Source of the DNA: Minisyncoccota bacterium
Lineage (GTDB): Bacteria > Patescibacteriota > Minisyncoccia > Phycocordibacterales > CALRHW01
Reading direction: 5' to 3'
NCBI GenBank assembly: GCA_046350795.1
Contig: JAXLZT010000001.1
Location: 80,468-144,467 of the forward strand
Length of the DNA: 64,000 nt
Shown: positions 57,520-64,000 of the stretch, in pieces
Layout of the letters: each line of letters begins with the position of its first letter
Numbering within the stretch: position 1 is the stretch's first letter
Notes under the pieces: generated by a model
Database searches by the model: none
Told to the model about the DNA's origin: nothing
The model's input: the letters and a program-made list of their open reading frames with translations, nothing else
Program-made: the position numbers and the translations under genes

Positions 57520-57891
57520 ATGGATATACAACAAAATGGAATGGGAATGCAAAGTGGAATGAACACACCCCCACCTACACCACAACCACCAGTAATGCCA
57601 ACAATAGAATCTCCAAAGAAAAGCCCAATTGGTCCAATGATTGGTCTAATAGTAATACTGGCAATAATAGTAGTGGGCACATTATATTTTTGGGGCCAAA
57701 GAGTAGATAAAACACAAAATGTTCAACAAAAAACAGAAACACAAACAGAAAATGTAGCACCGGTAGTGACAGACACTCAAACAGAACAGTTACAGGTTCA
57801 AAACACATCAGACGATATAGATTCAATAGACGCTGATCTAAACTCAACAGATTTTGGAAATATAGACTCAGGAGTAGAACAACTACAATAA
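57520..57891 (+). CDS. hypothetical single-TM protein (Pro-rich N-term, acidic/Thr/Gln-rich C-term)
   Basis: TM IGPMIGLIVILAIIVVGTLYFW. Confidence 0.45.
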   Translation: MDIQQNGMGMQSGMNTPPPTPQPPVMPTIESPKKSPIGPMIGLIVILAIIVVGTLYFWGQRVDKTQNVQQKTETQTENVAPVVTDTQTEQLQVQNTSDDIDSIDADLNSTDFGNIDSGVEQLQ

Positions 57892-57973
57892 ACCGCTCTC
57901 GTATTTCTTGCAAAAAATAAGCGCAGACTATACACTGTAGCCTATTATTTCATCACATTTTTTACCAAAGCAC

Positions 57974-59026
57974 ATGTCAAAAAAAGATAAAAAATATTCA
58001 AATATAAAGATATCAAACCTTGAAAACTCTGAAGTGGAGATAGAGGGAGAAATCGCTGCCGACCTACTCGAAGAGCATCGTCAAATTGTTATAAAAAAAT
58101 TGGTTAGCAGTGCGGAACTACCGGGCTTCCGCAAAGGTTTTGCTCCAGAAAATCTAGTAGTACAAAAGTTTGGTGACATGAGAATATTAGAAGACGCTGC
58201 AGAAGAAGCCTTGCATTCACAATACGTTAGTATAATCACTGATAATTCTATACAAGCTATGGGTGATCCAAAAGTAACGATCACAAAACTCGCAGTGGGT
58301 AGTCCACTTGGTTTTAAAATAAAGACTGCTATTTTCCCAGAAGTAAAACTGCCTGATTACAAATCAATCGCCAAAAAAGAAATGGCGAGCGTAAAAGAAA
58401 TCACAGAAGTAGATGAAAAAGAAATAGAGGCAATCATTGATCAAATTCGAAAATCAAAAGCAAAAGAAGGTGGTGAAGAAAAAGAAAATACCGAAGGAAA
58501 AACAGAACTTCCCGATCTTGATGACAACTTTGCCCAATCACTCGGTGACTTTAAAACAGTAAATGATCTTAAAGAAAAAATAAAAGAAAATGCTTTGTTT
58601 GAGAAGAAAATGCAAGCAAAAGAAAAGAGTAGACTTTCTATTATTGAAGCTATAGTCAAAGAGAGCGACATCACTGTGCCAGAACTCATGATAGAAAGTG
58701 AGTTTCTAAAAATGTTAGCTCAATTTAAAGACGATATCACTCGCGCAGGATTAACGTATGAGGCCTATCTTTCTCATATAAAAAAGACTGAGGATGATAT
58801 TAGAAAAGAGTGGAGAGACAACGCGATAAAGCGCGCAAAAACACAACTCATTTTGGCAAAAATAGCCAAAGAAGAAAAACTAGCACCAGATGAAGAGGTG
58901 ATAAAAAAAGAAGTAGATCATATTATTTCACACCACAAAGATGCTGACAGATATAGAGTACGAATGTATGTAGAAAATATGTTGACTAATGAGAAGGTGT
59001 TGGAGTTTTTGGAAAATCAAAAATAG
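57974..59026 (+). CDS. tig: trigger factor lacking the PPIase domain
   Basis: ribosome-binding signature LPGFRKGFAPENLVVQKFG in N-domain; 350 aa (too short to contain FKBP domain); precedes clpP region. Confidence 0.65.
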   Translation: MSKKDKKYSNIKISNLENSEVEIEGEIAADLLEEHRQIVIKKLVSSAELPGFRKGFAPENLVVQKFGDMRILEDAAEEALHSQYVSIITDNSIQAMGDPKVTITKLAVGSPLGFKIKTAIFPEVKLPDYKSIAKKEMASVKEITEVDEKEIEAIIDQIRKSKAKEGGEEKENTEGKTELPDLDDNFAQSLGDFKTVNDLKEKIKENALFEKKMQAKEKSRLSIIEAIVKESDITVPELMIESEFLKMLAQFKDDITRAGLTYEAYLSHIKKTEDDIRKEWRDNAIKRAKTQLILAKIAKEEKLAPDEEVIKKEVDHIISHHKDADRYRVRMYVENMLTNEKVLEFLENQK

Positions 59027-59259
59027 CAATAGCGTAAAAAGAGCTTTTGAAAAGCACGCGTCAATCGCTGCTGCGATTGCTGCTCCGCTCGGCGCCGTCG
59101 CGCCTGCGCGAGTCTTTTCAAAAGCTATTTTTACTTGACCCTCCTTATTTGTTTATACAAAAGAAAAAGCTCCCGGTCCGCTTGCGCGAAACCGAGAGCT
59201 TGAGATCAAAACCGAGTGATAGTGCTGTAGCCGAAGCCAGAGCACAGAACTCAGTCAAT

Positions 59260-59814
59260 TCAGTTGTTGTGTGGAGAGAAGCGACCTCCATAGCTGTCGT
59301 CCCCCGGGGACTTTCCCTTCTTCCACCAGTCAGCGGGGTCTTCTGTCTCCCTCTTGGGGCCAAACAGATTCTTGAGAAACACCCCCCAGAATCTTGCCTT
59401 GGCAGATCCAGTCTTCCTTGACTGGTGTTCTGCAACATCCGCGGCTGCCATCAGCCCAGCGGTAATCACATCCGCCAAGACGTCGTTGTCAGTGTTGATC
59501 TTCCTGGGTTCCTTCCACCGGAACGTCCAGGCCACCACAAGTCCCACCATCGCACACATCAAAGATTTGACGATCCACAACTGAGTTATGGAGAGGCCCG
59601 TGCTGGTCGGGACACCGTCGATCAGCATCGACATGCAGAAGCATGTCACGGCGACCGCCCTCACTGCATTGTTTGCCATCGTTCGCTTCCACCGAAGCGG
59701 AAGGACAAACGACACAAACAGAACGCCTGAAGAGATGAGAAACATCATAGCGGGAACGAAGGTCATGAATAGCTCCTTGTAAATCAAGTTTTTGACCACC
59801 GCATTGGTAGCCAT
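59260..59814 (-). CDS. hypothetical high-GC membrane protein
   Basis: 3 predicted TM helices, about 58% GC, start at MATNAVV (ORF-track start 59871). Confidence 0.45.
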   Translation of the reverse strand: MATNAVVKNLIYKELFMTFVPAMMFLISSGVLFVSFVLPLRWKRTMANNAVRAVAVTCFCMSMLIDGVPTSTGLSITQLWIVKSLMCAMVGLVVAWTFRWKEPRKINTDNDVLADVITAGLMAAADVAEHQSRKTGSAKARFWGVFLKNLFGPKRETEDPADWWKKGKSPGDDSYGGRFSPHNN

Positions 59815-59934
59815 ATTTACAAAACCCCCACTGATAAAGAATCTTGTAAATATGGCCACCTCACACAACAAATGTTAAAGAACCCTACTTTTATATTATA
59901 CACCTAAAATATCTACCTGTCAATAGACCATATT

Positions 59935-60663
59935 TCACCCCATCAAAAACAATGTCGCCGTTGCGACAGCCGCCGTCTCCGCCCGCAGTATCTGATTGCC
60001 CATAGTTTTTAGGTCTACCTCTTGTTTTTTAAAAAATTCAATCTCTTTTTCACTCCAACCACCCTCTGGTCCGATGAAAATAGCGACAGGCTCTGTATCA
60101 GACGTGTCCTTTGAAATCATGGCTATACCCCCTGGATCAAAGGCTATTTTATGAGCCGGAAATTTAAAAAACGAATCATTACTGTTAGAAAAAATATCTT
60201 CAAGTGTCATCACCGGATGAATTTCTGGCACAGTACCTCTACCAGACTGCTCACTTGCTTCGCGAGCTATTTTTATGAGACGCTCCATATTTAAATCTTT
60301 TTTCTCAGAACGCTCTGCAACCACCGGTACAAAATGATTGACGCCTATTTCAGTCCCCTTTTCTACTATCCATTCAAAATTATCTTTTTTTACAATAGCC
60401 ATACAAAGCCATACGTCTTTTTTGGCTGTAGGTACGGTGCGTGATTCACCTACAGAGATTTGCGCTGATTCTTTTGAAAGCATTTCTATCTTGCATGTGT
60501 ACTCTCGGCCAGAGCCGTCAAAAAGTATCACATTGTCGCCCGTGCCTAGCCGGAAAACCTTTTTCCATTGATGTATCAAATCCGCATCAAAAATATCGAG
60601 TCTTTTTTGCTCTCCTATCTGCTTAGCACCTTTCTCTCCGACAAAAAATCTATGTAATCTCAT
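59935..60663 (-). CDS. rsmE: 16S rRNA (uracil1498-N3)-methyltransferase RsmE (SPOUT)
   Basis: MRLHRFFV N-terminus, PUA-like domain, GPEGGWSEKE SPOUT knot motif. Confidence 0.85.
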   Translation of the reverse strand: MRLHRFFVGEKGAKQIGEQKRLDIFDADLIHQWKKVFRLGTGDNVILFDGSGREYTCKIEMLSKESAQISVGESRTVPTAKKDVWLCMAIVKKDNFEWIVEKGTEIGVNHFVPVVAERSEKKDLNMERLIKIAREASEQSGRGTVPEIHPVMTLEDIFSNSNDSFFKFPAHKIAFDPGGIAMISKDTSDTEPVAIFIGPEGGWSEKEIEFFKKQEVDLKTMGNQILRAETAAVATATLFLMG

Positions 60664-60723
60664 ATGGTTTGATTATACACAAATTTTGCTATAGTATATG
60701 GGTCTTATCATTAAATAAAACAT

Positions 60724-61293
60724 ATGTTAATACCAACAGTTATTGAAAAAACAAATTTTGGGGAGCGAGCATATGACATTTATTCTCGCTTACTAAAAGA
60801 GCGCATTATCTTTTTAGGAGGACCGATAGACGATCATATGGCAAATATAGTCATTGCTCAGCTACTTTTCCTAGAATCAGAAGACCCTAAAAAAGATATC
60901 CAACTATACATCAACTCTCCAGGTGGTTCTGTCACTGCTACCCTAGCAATGCTAGATACAATGAATCACATAAAACCAGACATTTCTACTGTATGCGTAG
61001 GTATTGCGGCGTCTGGTGCAGCTATTTTGCTAGCAGGGGGTAAAAAAGGAAAGCGACTTGCTCTACCAAATGCAGAAGTGATGATTCATCAACCTTGGGG
61101 TGGAGCGCAAGGACAAGCCACAGACATAGAAATCACAGCACGGCAAATACTAAAGACTCGATCAAAATTAAATAAAATTCTCGCAGACACTACAGGTAAG
61201 CCACTAGAACAAATAGAGAAAGATGTGGAACGTGACTACTTTATGGACGCAACAGAAGCAAAAAAGTACGGAATTATCGACAAAGTTTTGTAA
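60724..61293 (+). CDS. clpP: ATP-dependent Clp protease proteolytic subunit
   Basis: catalytic Ser in GIAASGAA, His in MIHQP, RIIFLGG. Confidence 0.94.
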   Translation: MLIPTVIEKTNFGERAYDIYSRLLKERIIFLGGPIDDHMANIVIAQLLFLESEDPKKDIQLYINSPGGSVTATLAMLDTMNHIKPDISTVCVGIAASGAAILLAGGKKGKRLALPNAEVMIHQPWGGAQGQATDIEITARQILKTRSKLNKILADTTGKPLEQIEKDVERDYFMDATEAKKYGIIDKVL

Positions 61294-61309
61294 TTATATT
61301 TACAAAATA

Positions 61310-62185
61310 TTATTGAATTCTCACAGCCCAACCGTTTCTTGTTTCTCCACAGTCGTAATCATTTCCTGTGGTTGTACAGTCTGTAGGTGGTACTCCTAAA
61401 ATACTTCCGATACTTGTGCCACCATTTACTACAGTCAAACTTACATATGGAATTGAAGTATACATTTCTCGATCAGCTGCACTATCTCCTATCTGATCCA
61501 TTCTCACCATATTTACCATCCACTTGGCACTAGATCCACCAGGCAAAGCTGGACCTGTACCACCAGTTACAGTACCGGCCCATGAAGTTGCCCACTTTCC
61601 ACCGGTCACACCAATATTATGACCAGGTTCTTGACCGTATGCTTCTGAATATCCAAAGGCAAAAGATACGGTAGCGCCCACACCAGTAGTTTGATTTGAT
61701 CCGGTTCCATATGGCTTCATATTAAGACCTGACTGTGCCTGAGGAAGATCTCTCCACTCCGCAACACCAGATGTACCAATAGCTGTAAGCACTTGCCCAT
61801 TTGAAATAAGACCATCAGAAGCTGTTGCTCCACCACGAATTCTTACTTGACCGCCCACATCAAGCTTGATGTTGTCATTTCCGGTATCATTTAAATAATT
61901 ATTTATAGCGACTCTACCGTTTACTACAAAAAGTCCAGGTGCTCCGGGAGCTGGAGTACCAGAAGATACTATCAACCCTCCTACCTTTGACTGAGCAACA
62001 CCACTTATGTTTATAGGTGGATTACAGCCAGGAATACTCATATCTGTACATACTGGAGGATCACCTGCTGGTGGTGGGGTCCATGCACCATGCACCACTC
62101 CTATGCCCATTACCAAAACAAGAGCAAGTATCAAAACCCTCACACTTTGTAATATTTCTTTTTTAAATGAATTCATTTTTTTCAT
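61310..62185 (-). CDS. secreted protein sharing the N-terminal AW(S/T)PPP...C...GC.PP...Q.K.GGL module with the tail-collar paralogs but with a different Gly/Thr-rich C-terminal domain
   Basis: VHGAWTPPPAGDPPVCTDMSIPGCNPPINISGVAQSKVGGLIV aligns with N-termini of 49657/50470/51280 proteins. Confidence 0.55.
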   Translation of the reverse strand: MKKMNSFKKEILQSVRVLILALVLVMGIGVVHGAWTPPPAGDPPVCTDMSIPGCNPPINISGVAQSKVGGLIVSSGTPAPGAPGLFVVNGRVAINNYLNDTGNDNIKLDVGGQVRIRGGATASDGLISNGQVLTAIGTSGVAEWRDLPQAQSGLNMKPYGTGSNQTTGVGATVSFAFGYSEAYGQEPGHNIGVTGGKWATSWAGTVTGGTGPALPGGSSAKWMVNMVRMDQIGDSAADREMYTSIPYVSLTVVNGGTSIGSILGVPPTDCTTTGNDYDCGETRNGWAVRIQ

Positions 62186-62212
62186 AATAATTTTAATAAT
62201 TTTTTGATTATT

Positions 62213-62488
62213 TTACTGACTACTCATCGACTTTATTATTTTTGCCATCTCCTCATCTGATATTGTACTTTCTTTTGTACTTGTCATCTCTTTTATAATT
62301 CTTTTACTTTCTTCAGAACTTAATGTCGATGGTCCGGTTGCGGTCATTTCTTCTATTATCCTCTGAGAATCTGTTGCTTCTGGTAAATTGGGAGCGGATG
62401 AGTATTTTTTTATTATCCCAAACACCACCACAATCACCGATATGCACATTATTAGAGTAATAATTTTTTTATTTTTTAAATAATTCAT
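62213..62488 (-). CDS. small single-TM protein with three RIIEEMTATGPS-type repeats (paralog of 52117-52452)
   Basis: TM IITLIMCISVIVVVFGII; repeats RIIEEMTATGPS / RIIKEMTSTKES / KIIKSMSSQ. Confidence 0.55.
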   Translation of the reverse strand: MNYLKNKKIITLIMCISVIVVVFGIIKKYSSAPNLPEATDSQRIIEEMTATGPSTLSSEESKRIIKEMTSTKESTISDEEMAKIIKSMSSQ

Positions 62489-62493
62489 GTTTT

Positions 62494-64000
62494 TTAAAAT
62501 TCACCAGTTTTTGGTTTAGCTAATATCAATACTTCAGCGTCATTACATGTCACAGGTATGCTTCCGCTTGAACTATCTCTAATGGTTAGACTCATTCTTT
62601 TTGTACCAGTAGTTTCATATGATCTATTAAAAGATACTTCTGTGGCATTTGTTGTCTCAGAACTTAAAACAACACCGCGCTCAACCCAATCGTATTGATA
62701 AGGTGGAGTACCTCCCGAAATTTGAGCCTTCCATTCTACTGGCTTGTTTATTACAACAATAGATTTTGTTGATTGTAGAGAGGAACATGTTGGACTAATC
62801 GAAACATCACCACTGATATTCGCAGTAACTGTTACCGGTATATCTATTGATTTTGTTGGTAAATCAGCTGTTGTCGCTTTTACACGAACATTATAAAGTC
62901 CCGGAGTAGTAAGCGTTCCAGCATTAACGGTAAGTGTTTTTTCACATGCAGGGGCCGGCGGTGTCGTAGGAATACATTTATTATTTCCATTAAAAGAAAC
63001 ACTTAAAGGATGGAGTAAATCATTGTTTGTAACGAGAGAAGCCAGAGTAACTTCTTGCGCTACAGGATTATCTAAAATAACACCAATTTTTGTTGTCTTT
63101 GAGCTTCTTTGCGTCATGGAAAGAGATGCGGGTGTCGCTGTAAGATGATAATTAAAAGTATTTGTTGGCACACTATATGTAACATCAGAAAAATTAACCC
63201 AACCCAACACATCACCACCCCAAGCATATCCTACGATGTGAGCTGTTGGCTTATTGAAAGTAACCCCAGCCAATCCATCGGTATGAGTAGGGCCAGATGG
63301 AAAAGAAGTACCGGCCAGACTAAGCCAACCATCCCAGCCAGATGTATTGTCACCCCAAAAAGCTCTTGCCCACCCACGAATAGTGGCTTGGTCTGGCATT
63401 AATTCTGCATTTACGGATTCTGTTCCACCGCCAGACGGAAAACCAGACAAGCCACCAAATTTAATAAAACCAATATTTGGACTCCAAGCATAACCAGTAA
63501 TGGTTCCAGGACCAGACGGTATGTTTGTGCTCACATCATTATTTGCATTATTGATTCTCACACCATAGCTGTTTGGTCCACAACTTCCAGAATCAGCAAA
63601 ACCGTTATGATCTTCATCTTTACAACTATTCATACTTATCAAACCAATATTTGAAGACCATGCCCAACCATACACATTACCCGTTTCAGTCATAGCAGAA
63701 ACAACTTCACACTTTGTATTTTGTGTACAACTAGAAACCACTGACCATGGTGTATTTTGTGTCACATTGGTATCACCGGGACACACTTGACCAGGTGGTT
63801 GTGTACCAACGCAAGAGGGCGCTGGTGGCAAAACACAAACACCGCCCTGATTTATATATGGCGCATTACAAGTCATTTCACACTTTTTACCGTCGGTACA
63901 AGCAGAAACGATTGACCATGGCACATCTCCGGATACACCATCTGTATCATTTGGACAAACTGTATTATTGGAAGGATCTGGTGGTGTACCAACACATTGA
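62494..64000 (-). CDS. large Cys-rich surface protein with AWS-x-NIGWI repeats and C-terminal PKD-like domain (paralog of 52452-54740), N-terminus beyond window
   Basis: frame stays open to 64000 with repeat CVGTPPDP...VCPNDTDG...PWSIVSACT; YGWAWSSNIGLI, GYAWSPNIGFI, GYAWGGDVLGWVNF repeats; PYQYDWVERG...TTGTKRMSLTIRD PKD-like; ends ...PKTGEF. Confidence 0.65.
   Translation of the reverse strand, partial: QCVGTPPDPSNNTVCPNDTDGVSGDVPWSIVSACTDGKKCEMTCNAPYINQGGVCVLPPAPSCVGTQPPGQVCPGDTNVTQNTPWSVVSSCTQNTKCEVVSAMTETGNVYGWAWSSNIGLISMNSCKDEDHNGFADSGSCGPNSYGVRINNANNDVSTNIPSGPGTITGYAWSPNIGFIKFGGLSGFPSGGGTESVNAELMPDQATIRGWARAFWGDNTSGWDGWLSLAGTSFPSGPTHTDGLAGVTFNKPTAHIVGYAWGGDVLGWVNFSDVTYSVPTNTFNYHLTATPASLSMTQRSSKTTKIGVILDNPVAQEVTLASLVTNNDLLHPLSVSFNGNNKCIPTTPPAPACEKTLTVNAGTLTTPGLYNVRVKATTADLPTKSIDIPVTVTANISGDVSISPTCSSLQSTKSIVVINKPVEWKAQISGGTPPYQYDWVERGVVLSSETTNATEVSFNRSYETTGTKRMSLTIRDSSSGSIPVTCNDAEVLILAKPKTGEF

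Noticed and set aside
1-64000. CRISPR array, rRNA or tRNA genes
   Set aside because: No regularly spaced direct repeats were seen. Apart from the tmRNA T-arm, no tRNA-like GTTCGA-containing cloverleaf candidates appear in intergenic regions, and there is no rRNA-like conserved sequence.

Overview
This window looks like a low-GC (about 35-40%) genome fragment from a Candidate Phyla Radiation (Parcubacteria/Saccharibacteria-like) bacterium. It has lysine-rich proteins, no uL30 in the ribosomal cluster, ComEC, and abundant type IV pilus genes. The core content is: ftsH; smpB plus a one-piece tmRNA (ssrA); infC-rpmI-rplT; a long minus-strand ribosomal super-operon (rpsL-rpsG-[membrane protein]-fusA-[two inserted surface proteins]-tuf-rpsJ...rplO-secY-adk-map); ndk; rpmB; a site-2 protease; ComEC in two pieces flanking sodA; rnhA; recJ; a HIT protein; pgk-tpiA; a type IV pilus block (pilB, pilC, three pilin-like proteins); nusA; ppa; tig; rsmE; clpP. 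No rRNA, tRNA or CRISPR array was found. The most unusual content is as follows. (1) A cassette directly downstream of pilB encodes three tandem secreted paralogs with a phage tail-collar/MdpB-like domain, a small TM protein with triplicated MTA-GPS repeats, and a 762-aa Cys-rich surface protein with AWS-NIGWI repeats and a C-terminal PKD-like domain; a second copy of the same cassette architecture lies at the window end (61310-64000). The three paralogs share 100%-identical 157-bp and 53-bp DNA blocks. (2) A membrane-anchored protein built from about 18 tandem ~12-aa W-P-P-N-H repeats is inserted with a partner gene between fusA and tuf. (3) The tmRNA has a predicted 27-codon tag ending AYALA-stop, and is followed by a DUF4406-like gene, lexA with a GAAC-N4-GTTC box, and several high-GC (about 55%) orphan genes. 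(4) Further high-GC islands (32.6-33.4 kb, 39.5-40.7 kb, 59.0-59.9 kb) in the low-GC background indicate horizontally acquired genes. All calls are from sequence inspection only; no database searches were run.
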